The notes beneath the pieces were generated by a model. The model ran no database searches. It was not told the origin of the DNA and saw only the letters and a program-made list of their open reading frames with translations. Below, in pieces: positions 10,937-37,167 of a DNA stretch of 64,000 bases; positions within the stretch are counted from its first letter, which is position 1, and each line of letters starts with the position of its first letter. The position numbers and the translations under genes are program-made. The DNA is taken from NCBI RefSeq assembly GCF_009914755.1, contig NC_060933.1; one strand, written 5' to 3'. The stretch comes from the human T2T-CHM13v2.0 reference genome, Homo sapiens.

Positions 10937-12709
10937 GTCCACACTGTGGCCTGAGGTGCATCGCCCACCTGAGCTTCATCTGTTATGTATGTCAGGGAAT
11001 ATAAGCAGGGTGAGAGTGGCCTCATCAGAGGACCCCAGATCTCTGGCTTACCCATCTGGCAAGCGCACCTCTGTGAGCAAAGACTTCAGAGCCAGATGAC
11101 AAGAACGGCCCAAGCAGTCCACCAGGGAAACCTGGGCCCAGTGTACATCAATGCAGAGCATCAAGCATGGCGTAACAGGTGCACAGTTGCCTACTCCTGT
11201 TCAGAGATGACTGCATCCCACATACCGTAAAATGAGGAAATGCAGAGAAGCAGAAGTAACTGAAGAAGACAGCAGAAGCAACAAGGAGGGACAACCAGGA
11301 CCTAGGAGGGCACCATGCCAGAGACGCCTGGACCCCACGCTAGGCTCAGTGCCTGTTATACTCTTGGGATCCAGCACTTTCCCTCTCCATCACATGGCAT
11401 ACTTGCCATTATTTGTTGTGTAAAATATTGTCCTTAGTTTTCACCTTTCCTAGGAGACACAGGCAGAGCCTGTGACACTACAGCTTCTGGCACACAGTAG
11501 GTAGGTGCATCACAAACATCTGCTGAGTTCACACACTCTTGCCTTCTCAAACCTTCCTGTCAAGTCTTCAGTGAAAAGGAATTGCTGATTGAGCAAGAAT
11601 TAAACTTCTAGAGACTCCTGGATCCACTGAAGTTTGAGACAAGGTGAGATTTGTTTACTGTCATATTCCTAGCTCATAACATATTGTAGTCACTTAAAAA
11701 AGTTTGCTGAATAAGTGAGTAAATTGATTCATACGTCATACTTAGCTATATATTTTCTGAGTAGAATTGATAAAGTTAATAGTTTAAGTCTAGTATAATT
11801 TTGCTTTACTCATTCAACGAACCTGACAATTCAACTAGGTGCCAGGCACACTGCTGCTGAAGAAAAAGAGGTATAAGATATAATTTCTGTCTACAAGAAA
11901 GCCACAGTCTAAAAAGTAGAAACATGAACAAATTGTAACAATAAATAGGCTAAATTCAAAATCAGAGGAGTTTGTTTCTATTTTAAACAGCTCTAGTCAG
12001 GAAGTGTTAGAGAGTTCTAAACAGGAAATGTTCCAACACACCATCTAAGCATGAAGCAGGAGACACCCATAATTGAGTTTGCTGCCACCAACCCCAACAG
12101 CAAGAATTCCAGTCCTGCTGCTGCAAAGTAAGTGTCACTCTGATTTTATTGCTGCTGTGTAACCCAGTTTTAGACTCTCTGGTTCTCACTTAATGTTCTA
12201 AAAAAGTATTAAAGAGAAAATTTTATTCTGGTGATGAGCCCATCCACTGCAGCCATCTCAACATCATACCAATTATAAGCCTATCATTTAAAAAGAAAGC
12301 TGTTAGTTTAACTTATTTATCCAAATATCAGTATTACATAAACATATTTGTCATCAGACTTTGGACTTATGGGTTAAATAGCATATAAATATGATTAGAG
12401 CCTTAAAGTTTACACTTCTCTGGTTCGCTCAAATTTTTTTCAAAATAGCATATGCCTTTCTAAACAATGGTTAGTATATTTTTCAAAATGAACATTAAAA
12501 TGTATATTTTCCAAAAACAAAATACAGCTCCCATTGGTAAATGATGCTATTGAGACACAACAGACAACTTCTCTTGGGAACCATTTAATCAGTGCTCACT
12601 TTTGCACTCTTTCCAGAAATGTCAATGGCTTTGAAATATAGAAGTATATTATACAAATAAACTTATACTTATTCAGTATTGTGCAATATTTAGTATTTCT
12701 TCTAGCCAT

Positions 12710-13248
12710 CTCTTGCTGAATAGTAAGCCATTCCAAAACTTACGGAATTATTTATTGTTTAATATTGTTTATTGTTATTATTTGTTTAGTAATTTTAATA
12801 ACGTTATTTCTCATGGTTTTGTGGGTTGATGGGCACTACAAAAGTTCTCTTTTGGAGTCTTTCTTGCAGTTGCGGTTGCTTGGCTGCTGCTGAAGTCACC
12901 TGAAAGCTCAATTAGGCTAAAGAGTCTAGACGGGTCACTTACATGGTTGGCAGTGCATATTGGCTGCTGAGTGTGATGCCTATCTGACCTCTCCATGTTA
13001 CCTGGAGTGCTCATAACGTGGTAGTTTGTCCCAAGACACACAGGCAAATACTATAAAGCTTCTTAGGACCTAGCCTTGGAGGTCCTAGAACAAGACTTCT
13101 GCTCCATCCTTTTGGAAAAGCAAGTCATTGTGACCAGCACAGATTCAAGAAATGGGAGATTCGACTCTGCCTGTCAATGTAAACAGCAGCATGTGCATGC
13201 AGGGAGGAAAGAAATCGAGGGCATCATCTAGAAGACTATCATATCACA
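12710..13248 (-). mobile_element. MaLR LTR (MLT1H-like)
   Basis: MLT1 antisense motifs (ccaaaacttac, cacttacatggttggcag, aagcaagtca...cagattcaag). Confidence 0.55.
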
Positions 13249-13923
13249 CCATTATTCCAACTAATGAACATTATGTTTTAGATGGGTAGTACTAGCTACT
13301 CATCTCTCCCCCAGAAACCCAAGCTAAGCATGGACATATTGAAGAGAATGTCAGCACCATTAAAAAAAAACTCTAGAAAAATCACATGTGATGACTGAGG
13401 TTAATTCAGTCTGTCAATTACATCAATATAATTGCCTTCTTGTAACCCTAAGTATGGTGAAGCAGAATTGAATTCTACAAAAGTCTTTCATCTGTTTTCC
13501 TATGGAATAATTAACAAACCCAATAAATGTATAAATAGCATGAAGTCCGACTTATTTTAGATTTTTACCTCATAATTTCAAAGCTTATAGAAATCCAGAG
13601 AACTAATCATCATAATCCATAATGCCTGGACCAGAAGTCCTTGTTCTAAGAGTATCTTGTGGCATGCTAAAAATGTATTACTAACTAGGAAATTTAAAAC
13701 TTTTTTGTTAGTGGTTTTAAGAGAGCTGACTAGCTCATCACCACAATTCACACAGATTAAGAAAGGAGGTTACTCTGTGGAGTGGATTCATAGTGATCAG
13801 AAAAAAAAAAAATCACAAAAGAGGAAAGGAGATAGGGAAGGGGAAAGATACTGTCAATCCCTAAGTGATTTTTCGAATGGTTTGATTTTGTATTTGCAAA
13901 GGAAAGGCAGCTTAATGTGATAG

Positions 13924-14251
<328 letters not shown>

Positions 14252-15115
14252 CGTCTTCTTTTGAGAAGTGTCTGCTTATGTCCCTTGTCAATGTTTTAAT
14301 GGGGTTGTTTTCCTAATGTCCAACATCACTAATCATCAGAGAAATGCAAGTCAATGTGAGATACCATCTCATATTTGTCAGAATGGCTACTATTAAAAAG
14401 TAAAAAAATGACAAATTCTGGTTAGACTTCAGAGAAAATGAAATGCTTATACACTGTTGGTGAGAATGTAAATTAGTTCAGCCACTGTGAAAAGCAGTTT
14501 GGAGATTTTTCAAAGAATTTAAAACAGAAGTGCCATTCAACCAGCAATTCCATTACTGAGTATATATCCAAAAGAAAATTAAGAATTCTACAAAAAGAAA
14601 CCCCACATGCACTTGTATATGCGTCATATTGCTATTCACAATAGGGAAGGCATGGAATTAACTTATGTGTAAATCAATAAATTGGATAGAAATATGTGCC
14701 ACATATACACCATAAAACACTATGCACACGTTAAAAAGAATACAATTATGTCCTGTGCAGTAACATGCATACGTCTGGAGGCCATTATCATAAGGAAATT
14801 AATACAGGAACAGAAAACCAAATACCATATATTCTTGCCTATAAGTAGGATCTAAACATGGGGTACTCATGAATATAAAGATGACAACAATAGACACTGA
14901 GAACTACCAGATGAATGAGGGAAGGAGGAGGGCAGGGGGTGAAAAACCATAGGTGCTATGCTTACTGCCTAGGTGATGGGATCAATTATATCCCACAATA
15001 TATGCTCACTACCTTGGTGATGGGATCAATAATATCCCACATTGCTCAGCATCACACAATATATCCATGTAATAAACCTGCAAATATACTCCCTGAATCT
15101 AAAAAATTTAAGGCA
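14252..15115 (+). mobile_element. L1 3' end with a short inverted 5' segment (14252-14313)
   Basis: L1 ORF2 end and 3'UTR on +, a 60-bp antisense piece at its 5' side, and a 44-bp tandem duplication at 14957-15041. Confidence 0.8.
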
Positions 15116-18100
15116 GAGACAGAGTAAGAGGGCAGAATAGAAACCTACATTCTCATCACCACACAAAAACACCAAATTTTCACAACTAACTACATTCAAG
15201 AAGCACTGTCAAAGGGACCAAAAATTGGGTGAGCAATCACAGTACCTGGTATTAACTTCATATCACCGAAACAGACATTGGAGAAGACAAAAAAATAAAA
15301 GGCGGTCTAGAAGCATGGATGCCACCTCTTTTTCAACCACCAGTAGTGGCTACATCGTGCAGAGATAGTATGTTTGGGAGAGGGAGTGCATAGTTTGTGA
15401 GGCTTTGCAATAAACTCAGCACTACCCTGTCACAGTGAAAAGCAGAACCAGACTGTACACAGCTGACATCTGCCAATGGAGGGAGCATGTGTATTGGCCC
15501 TAGAAAGAGGAAAACCTCCCATCCTAGTGTTGGGAGCTTGAGTTTTTACAAGTCTTGCCATCATGAGTTGACGTGCTATTGGACTCTAAGGAACTTAAGG
15601 GGCAGTCTAGGCCACAAGGACTTCAATTATTAGGCAAGTCATATTCCGAGCTGGGCTCAGAGCCAGTGGAATGTGGAGGGTGGGGAGTATGGGGTCTACA
15701 GAGACAGCAGCCACAGCAGCTAAGGGAGTGCTCACAACACCACTCCCCCACCCCCCACCTAGCAGCAGCCACACAACACACAGAAACCTGTGAATTTGGG
15801 AGAGGGAGAGCACAGTGACTGGAGGACTTTACATCAAACTCAGTGCTGCCATGTCAGTAAAGACCTGGCAGAATTCATCACCTGCTGACTAAAGAACCCC
15901 TGTACCCAGAATAAAAAAACAGTGACAACCAGGTAATACACCATGGGCATTGGGCTCTGAGAAGTGCTAAGTTCAGGTGTGACCCAGTACATTTCTAGCT
16001 GTGGTAGCTATGGTGAAAGACTTCTGTTTGAGAAAGGCAGGGGGGAAAGTAAAGGGAACTCTACATTGCACCTGGTATACCAGCTCAACCACAGTGGGGT
16101 AGATCACCAAGCAGATTCTTAGAGTCCCTGAGTCCAGGCCTAGGGTCTTCTTGGTCAGCATTTCTGCACTTGCCCTGGGCCAAAGGTCGAGTCCCAGGCA
16201 TTGCAGAATTTATCACAAGCTAACTAAAGAGTCCTTGGGCTTTAAGTGAGAAAGTGATGATGATTTGGTGGAAACCCCCCATGGGCCAGTAGTGTTGGCA
16301 GTCATAGAAGAAGCTCTTCTGCCTGCAGAGAGGGTAAAGAAGAGTAGAAAATACTTTGTCTTATTCCCTAAGTGCCAGGTTAGCTACAATAAAATAGAAG
16401 AGCAGCTAAATTCTGAAGATTCTAAGCTTTAATCTCTGGCTCCCAGGTAGCATCTGTGGACCCACTCATGGCTAGGGGAACTTGCAACCCTATAGGCAGA
16501 GACACAAACTTGGCTGGCATTGCCAACTATTAATCACAGAGTCCTGGGGCTTTGAATAAACTTATATGGTAGCCAAGTAGTGGTTGCAGTGGGCTTTGGG
16601 TGAGACCAAGTTCTGTGCCTACTTCAGGTGTGAACCAGCACAGTCTCAGTGGTGGTTGCCACAGGAGTTCTTCTGTTGCCCCAACCCCAGCTCCACATGT
16701 CTCAGCACAGAAAGAGAGACTGCTGATTTGAGAGAAAGCAAGGGAAGAGAACAAGCTTCTCTACTTGATAAATCAGGACAATTTTTCTTGATATTAATCC
16801 AAGGCCACCAAGGCAGTACCTCTAAGTGTTTGCATAAACTACTGTGCTATTGGGTTTGGGACCCAAGTTTCTTTGAATACCTGAAAAGTGTTCCCAAAGA
16901 TAATGGACACTAACAAGCCCAGACTGTGAAGACTACAATAAAGACTGAATTCTTCAATGCCCAGATACAGATGAATATCTACAAGTATCAAGGCCATCCA
17001 GGAAAACATGACCTCACCAAACAAGCTAAATAAAGTACCAGGGACAAATCCTGGAAAAAGAAAGATATGTGACCTTTCATACAGGAAATCCAAAATAACT
17101 GGTTGAGGTAATTCAAAGAAATGTACAATATAACACAGAGAAGGAATTCAAAATTCTATCAGATAAATTTAACAATGAGATTGAAATAAAAAGAATAAAG
17201 TAGAAATTCTGAGGTTAAAATGCTATTGTCATACTGAAGAATGGATCGGAATTACTTAAAAGAATTGACCAAGGAGAAGATAGATTTAGTGAACTTGAAG
17301 CCAGACTATTTAAAAATACAAAGTCAGAGGAGACAAAAAGGAATAAAAAATAAAGCATGCCTATAGAATTTTAAAAATAGCCTCAAAATAGCAAATCTAA
17401 GAGTCATTGGCCTTAAAGAGGAGGTAGAAAAAGAGATGACTTGAACATTTATTTAAATAAATAATATTAAATAATATTAAACAATTCCTCAACATTTGAT
17501 ATCAACATTCGAGTAACAGAAAGTTACAGAACATAAAGCAGACTTAACCCAAAGAAGACCACCTCAAGGCACTAAACTGAACTCCCAAAGGTTAAGGATA
17601 AAGAAATGATTCTAAAAGCATCGAGAGAAGAGAAACAAATAACATTCAGCGGAACTCCAATACATCTGACAGCAGACTTTTCAGGGGAAAATTTACAGGC
17701 TGTGAGATTGGCATGACATATTAAAAAACTGAAGGAAAAAAAGACTTTTACTTTAGAATAATGTATCTGGCAAAAACGTCCTTTAAACTTGACGGAAAAA
17801 TAAGAACTTTTTCCAACAAACAAAAACTGAGGGATTTCATTAACACCAGACCTGTCCTACAAGAAATGCTAAAGGGATATCTTAACCTAAAAGAAAACAA
17901 GTTAGTGAGCAATAAGAAATCATCTGAAGGTACAGAACTCACTAGCAATAGCACATGGAAAAACACTGAATATTACAATATGGTAATTATGGGGTGCAAA
18001 AATCTCAAATAGAGTAAACAATAAACCAATAAAAATAATAACTACAACAAATTTATTTCCAATACATAGACTGTAAAATAGGGGATGAAGAGAAACAACA

Positions 18101-18150
18101 AAAAGTTGAAAAGAATGGCAGTATAGGGTTTTTATTAGTTGTTTTGCTTG
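15116..18150 (+). mobile_element. Old L1 (L1M) 5'UTR + ORF1
   Basis: ORF1 C-terminal peptide KIRTFSNKQKLRDFINTRPVLQEMLKG at 17761-18012. Confidence 0.85.
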
Positions 18151-28410
<10,260 letters not shown>

Positions 28411-28555
28411 TAAATCAATCAATTTAATATATCATATTAACAGAGTAAAAGATATAAACCACACAATCATCTCAAATAATGCAGAAAAGTCAACTGACAG
28501 TATTAATCATCTTTTCAAGATAAAAAAACAATAAACTAGAAATAAAAGGAAACTA

Positions 28556-28912
<357 letters not shown>

Positions 28913-29651
28913 TCATCACTAATATTATACTGAATTCTGAAGTGTGGAAAGTTTATCCTCTAAGATTAATAATAAGGCAAGATATTCACGGTTGCCACAT
29001 CTATTCAAAAATAGCAGTGAAAGTCCTGGCAAAACAACTAGGCAATGAAAAAAAGAAAAGATCCACATTCTAAAGGAAGAAGTAAAATTACCTGTTACTT
29101 ATGATATGATGTTATATACAAAAAAATCCTATACACTGAAAACAATACCTGTTAGAACTAATAGTTGCATTTAGGAAAATTGCAGAATACAAAATTAAGT
29201 GTATTTCTCTTCATTACACGGTACAATCCAAGTTTTTAAAATTCCATTGAAAATAGCATTAAGAAGAATATACTTTGGAATAAACAAGCAAAGAGATGTA
29301 AGACTAGTATACTAGAAGTTACAAGATGTTGCTGAAGAAAAGTCACAAACAATGGAGAAGATATTCTATATTTATAGATTAGACAATTGAAAAGATATCC
29401 CATATTCATAAATTAGAAAACAATATTCTTAAGTCTATACTAATGAAATCAACAACAGATTAAATGCAATAGCTTTATAAATCATAACAATATTTACTTG
29501 CAGAAATAAAAAATTCTAAAACATATGAAATCTCAAGATTTAAAATAGCCAATTAAACTTGTAAAATAATGTCAATTGTGGAGCCCTCACAATTTTTAAA
29601 TCAAAAACTAATTGCAGTGCTGTTGAACTCTTTTCAAATGTGGTATTTTGA

Positions 29652-29950
29652 GGCCAGGTTCTATGGCTTACACGTGTAACCTCAGCACTTTGTGAGGCTG
29701 AGGTAGGAGGATTGCTTGAACCCAGGAGTTCAAACCACACTGGACATCCTAGTGAGAACATCCATCGCTAAAAAAAAAAAAAAATTAAAATTAAAATTAA
29801 CCTGGCAATGTGACATGAACCTGTAGTCTCAGCTATTCCAGAGGCTGAAGTGAGAGGATTTTTTTAAGCCTGGGAGAGCAAGGCTGCAGTGAGCCATGGT
29901 CGCACCAGTGCACCCCAGCCTAGATGACAGAGAACCTGTCTCAAAAAGTA
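29652..29950 (+). mobile_element. AluJ
   Basis: Diverged dimer with ggattgcttgaacccaggagttc in the left arm. Confidence 0.85.
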
Positions 29951-31462
29951 AAAAGGAGAAAATCTAAAAAGAAATGTATTAAATCAAGACGTGTAGACAT
30001 AGAAAATAATAGAGACCCCTCTCTCCACAAAACCTTGTATATATGGTCAAAATGATCTTCAACAAGGGTGCAAAGGCCAAACTATGGAGAGGGAATAATA
30101 GCCCCCTTTAACACAAAAACGGTATGAAGATTTGCTATCAACATGTAAAATATAGAAGTCAGAATTGTAGATTATACTATATTTTTTTAAAAACTCAAAA
30201 TGTTTAAGTCTGAAAGTCTTACACAAAAATATAAGGGAAAAATATCCAAAATTATGCCATGGAATTTGGCAATGGGTTCTTGACTGCCAGCAGCCCCACA
30301 TCCCTGGAGCATCCATCCGCTCACCGCTGCCTGGTGCTGGGTCCTTCCACACCTGTCACACTGCTTTGTGCGGGGCCCTGAGGGGCACGAGCCAGGACAC
30401 CAGGCCGAGCACAGGGCACAGGCCGGGCGTTCTCCGGCTATTCGAGGGCAGGCTGTCCCCATGACAGCCTCAGGCGCAGGAGGGATGACGGCCTGATTCG
30501 AGTCTGTGGAAGGAGGAAGAAGCTCGTTTCCTGAGCCAGCAGGGACACAGAGGCCAATGCGGGACACAGGGACACAGGGGTGGATGCCATAAAAATATAT
30601 GGCATATATTTTGAAACATGGCCGCAATTTGAATAATTAGAGTGTTATGCTGAAACTGCACCAAAATTTATCATTCCAGTGACTACAGGGAATTTTTAAT
30701 AGTTGTTATTTTTATAATAAAATTAAACTTTAATGAAATAACTGACTTTCAAACTTCAGCAAGAGGACAAATATTCAGCCAGAGGTATCAGTTCCCGGTT
30801 TCTGCTTCGGGTCCTCTCTGGTCTCCCACAGCCCCTCCTGCATCACCCAGGTCTAAGGGGCCACCTGGCCTGGCCTGTGTTCCCTCGTCCCTCCCCTTCC
30901 CCACCCAGATCCTGCAGCGCCTTCCTGGGGCAGGGGCGGCGAACCGTCCAGAGCGGGAGGCTCCCTCGCCCAGGGCAGCACAGCTCCGCCCCTCTCCACA
31001 CCTGCCCAGCCCCTGGCAAAGGAGTCGCCTGGGCCTGGCCCGCTGCCCGCCCCCCAATGCCTGCCCTGTGCCTGCAACTGCGACGCTGCCAACAAGAGGT
31101 GCCAGAGACCGCGGCGCAACCCGCCCAGAGAGCAGGGTCCCACTCAACTGGGAGCGGGGGCACGTCCCTTCCGGTAGGCGATGGAGTTAAGATTGTTTCC
31201 TTATTTATTTTACTTAAAACTGGTAGAATGTCACTATTATATGAAGTATCCATGACTCTCTCAGTAAATTTGAGCAAATGTTTATTAGTTTTTGTCAGTT
31301 TAACTAGTTCTTTTGTGTCTATTATTAAGGTGAAATTTAACTTCTATCTGAAATCAGTAAGATACAGAGAGATTTTAATGACAAGTGAATATTTTTTTCT
31401 CAGGGGGAACTGAATTATGAATTGAATGAATGAATTATGAATTAAATGAATGAATTCATTAG

Positions 31463-33232
<1,770 letters not shown>

Positions 33233-33302
33233 CATCTGCACGCAGATGATACTCCAGTATATGTTCTGTGGTTGATGAGTGAAGTGTATTGTAATTCCAA
33301 TT

Positions 33303-34030
33303 GGTCAAGCCAGACCCTGTCCCCGCCCGGCTCCTCCTCTGCCAGAGCTCGACACCTCTAGCCAGGGGCCCTCTAGAGCCACTGGGGATGGGGCTGTGGG
33401 CCGCGTCCCGCCCCCTTGCAGCTGCTGCAGGACAGACCGCCTGGCTTGGCCGCAGCCACAGGGACATCTGGCCCTGCTTCCGAGATGTGGGGAGTGCGGG
33501 CAGGCTCAGGAGTTGCCTGGAGGCTGCTGCCTGCACACAGAAGGCGGCTGCAGCTTGGGAGCCCAGGCGGGCTGGAGGTGCATGGCCTGGTCGGCCTCGG
33601 GATCGCCAGCGCGCCCAGCCTGAGGGCCCCCAGGCCGTGCCTCCCACCCACTCCTCCACCTGAGAGAGATCGGGGCTGCTGTCCTGGGCACTCGGCAGTC
33701 ACCCCGTGTGGGGTTGAGCGGCGGCTTCTCAGTTCTCGCCCCTGTGCAGCTGCCACCGCCGGGCAGAATGCCTGGCTTGGCCACAGCCACAGGGACACCT
33801 GGCCCTGGTTCTGTGAGACTGGGAGCGCAAGCGGGCTCAGGGGTTGCCAGGCAGCTGCTGCCTGCACACAGAGGGCGACTGCAGCTTGTGCGCCCAGGCG
33901 GCGGAGCATGGTCTGGGTGGCCTCTGGAATGCGTGCGCGCCAGGCCTGAGGGCCTCCCTGGTGGTGCCACCTGCCCCAGTCTTCCTCTGCTGGAGCCTGG
34001 AGCAGCTGGAATGGCCACTCTGCAGTCACA
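33303..34030. repeat. GC-rich degenerate tandem repeat, about 2 units of ~330 bp
   Basis: cctggcttggcc(g/a)cagccac at about 33440 and 33771; block duplicated at about 37545-38200. Confidence 0.8.
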
Positions 34031-34034
34031 GGGG

Positions 34035-37000
34035 ATAGAGTTAAGTTTTCTTATCCCACACATGCACACAAAAAGGTAACTATTCTGTGAGGTAATTAAC
34101 ATGTTCACTGACTTCGTTTTGGTAATCATTTCAGAATGTGCATATAAACGCATTACATGTACAATTTTTAAATCTCTATTACACCTCAGTAAAGCTGAAA
34201 TAATTAACAGGATTGAAAGGATAAACCCACAGTTCTATAGTCACAGTTGGACACTTCAATACCTCATTTTAATTAATGGATAGAAAAACCAGACAGAAGC
34301 TTCATGAGAAATACAAGAGTTAAACAACGGTATAAGCCACTGAGAGCTAATACACATATACAGGACAGTCCATCCAACAACAGCAGAATATACATTCCTT
34401 TCAAGTGTATATGAAAGTTCTCTAGGATAAAGTTTGAAATCATACAAAATATAATTTACAACCACAATGGAAGAAACAACAGATAAATAAGTGAAAACTG
34501 GAAAATTCACAAAAATGTGGAAATTAAACAATACAGTCTTCAACTACCAGTGAGTGAAAAAAATAAATCACAAGCAAAATTATAAAATATCTTGAGATAA
34601 ATTAAAATAAAAACAAAACATACCAAAACTTATTGAATGCGGTGAAAGTAGAGTTCAAAGGAAAATGTATGGATATAAACAACTACATTTAAGAAAAATC
34701 TCAAATCAACATCCTCACTCTATACCTAAAGGCAGTGGAAGAATACAAAAGAAGACTAAATCCAAAGCTAGCAGTATGAAAGAAATAATAGAGAGCATAA
34801 TTAGAGCATAAATCAATAAAATAGAAGTTTGGAGAGCAGTAGAATGAATAAACATAGATTATTTGAAAGATCAAGCCTTTCACTATATTGACTGAGCAAA
34901 AGATGGAAGACTAATTATTAAAATAATAAATGAAAGCAGAGCCATTACTACCAACTTTACAGAAATACAAAAGGATTACAGGAGTATACTGTGAACAACT
35001 GTCTAACAACAAATTAGCTGCCCTGGATGAAATGGACGAATCACTAGAAAGACACAACTACCAAAGTGGCTCAAGAAGAAAGAGAAAATCTGAATAGACC
35101 TATAACCTAGGAGATTGAATTAGTAATCGAAAGTGATTAACAAAGAAACATTTATGACCAAATAGCTGCATTAACTGGTGAGTCAACCTAACATTTAAAG
35201 AAGAAGTAATACCATTTCTTCTCAAACTCTTCTGACATAATATATGAAGAAGGAATACTTGCTAATTCATTTTTTGATAACAGCATTATCCTTATACCAA
35301 AGCCAAAGAGAGCACAAAAAAGAGAACTACAGCACAATATCCCTTATGAATATATAAGCAAAAATCTCAGCAAAATACTAGCAATACTAGCAAAAAACTA
35401 GCAGCAATACTGTATAATCAAAGGATTGTAAACTATCACCCTGTGAGATTTATCCCCAAAATGCAAGGGTGGCTCAACATATAAAAAATCAATCAGTGTA
35501 ATATACTCTAACAGTAAAATGAATAAGCACGTGATTATTTCAATTGATGCAGAGAAAACATTGATGAAATACAACACCCTTCTATAATAAAAATACTCAA
35601 TAAACTAGGCATAGAAGGGATTTTCTGCAACATGACAATAGGATGTACAAAAACCGAACAGTTAATATCATGATCAATGATGAAACACTGAAAGCTGTTT
35701 TCCTAACATCTAGAACAAGACAAGCATGGTGCACTTGCCACTTGTATTCAACGTACCACTGGCAATTTTAGCCAGAGCAATTAGGCAAGACAAAGAAATA
35801 AAAGGCACCTAAATTAGAAATAAAAAACAGAGGTAAAATTATATCTACACATGATCTTATGTGTATAAAGCTCCAAATAAAACACAAAACCGATTATAAC
35901 TAATAAAAGAGGCAGGATGCAAAACAAACATAGGCAAATGAGCTATATTTCTATATAGTTGTAAAGAACTATGAAAACATTTTAAAAATTCCATTTATAA
36001 TAGCATCAAAGAATAAGTTATTCAGGCATAAATCTAACCATGGTGGTATACACAAAACTTTGCTGAAAAAAACGAAAGAGAGTGGAAATAACTGGAAAGA
36101 CATTCTGTGTTCACGGGTTGTAAGACAATACTGTTAAGATGACAATACCATCTAAAGTAATCTACAGATTCAATGCAATACCATCAAAATCCCAAAGGCA
36201 TTTCTGCAGAAAGAAAGAAACTCATTCTACAATTCATACAAAAATTCAAAGGATCTGACAGACAAAACAGTCTTGAAAAAGAATATTAGAAAACTCACAT
36301 TTTTCAGTTTCACAGCCTACTACAAATCTACAGTAATCAAGAGAGTGTGGTACTGGCATAAGACTAATAGACTTTTAGACCAATACAATAGAACAGATTT
36401 GAGATCCTACAAATTAGTGCTCACATATATGGTTAATGACTGTTCAACAAGCTGTCCAAGTCTAGTCAAGGGAGGAAAGAACAGTCTCTTCAACAGCTGG
36501 ATGTCAGTGCACAAGAGAGAAGTTAGACCCCTACCTTGCAGTATACACAAAAATTAATTCTAAATTAATAAAAGACTTAAATGTAAGGACTAAAGTATGT
36601 AACTCTTAGAAGAAAACACAAGGTAAACCTTTATGACCTTTGAGTTTTAAGTGTATTTTGAAATATGACAGAAAAGCACAGATAACAAAAGAAAATACAC
36701 GTAAATTAGATTTAATCAAAATAAAAAACCTTTATGCATCAAAGGATACTATCAAGGGAGTTAAAAGACAACCCATAGTATGTGAGAAAAAATGTATCTG
36801 ATAAAATCAAAGTGTGTATCTGATAAAAGCTTAACATCCCACAACTCAACATCAGAATTTCTAACATCCCAATTAAAAAATAGGCAAAGGACTTGAATAG
36901 ACATTTCTCCGAAGAAGAGACACAAATGTCTAAGACGGACAAGAAAAGATGCTAAACACCGTTATTCATTAATAAAATGCAAGACAAAACCCAAATGAGA

Positions 37001-37165
37001 TGCCACTTTGCATCCACTAGTAAGCCTTTCGTAACAACGACACAGAAAATCAATGTTGCTAAGGAGGTGGAGAAATTGGAGCCCTCATGAACTGGCTGCT
37101 AGGAATAGAAAATGATGCACTTGCCGTGGAAAACAATTTGGTGGTTCCTCACAGAATCACACAGA
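34035..37165 (+). mobile_element. Old L1M pieces: 3' terminus (34035-34200) followed by ORF2 (34200-37165)
   Basis: L1MA/MB 3' end motifs, then degenerate ORF2 (YYKSTVIKRVWYWHK). Confidence 0.8.
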
Positions 37166-37167
37166 GA

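Larger units (their letters stand above)
1500..13540 (+). ncRNA. Possible LINC01410/FAM88-type lncRNA span
   Basis: Based mainly on recalled locus context. The sequence offers only a CpG island/LTR2 upstream and AATAAA at 13522-13527; exons were not determined. Confidence 0.3.
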
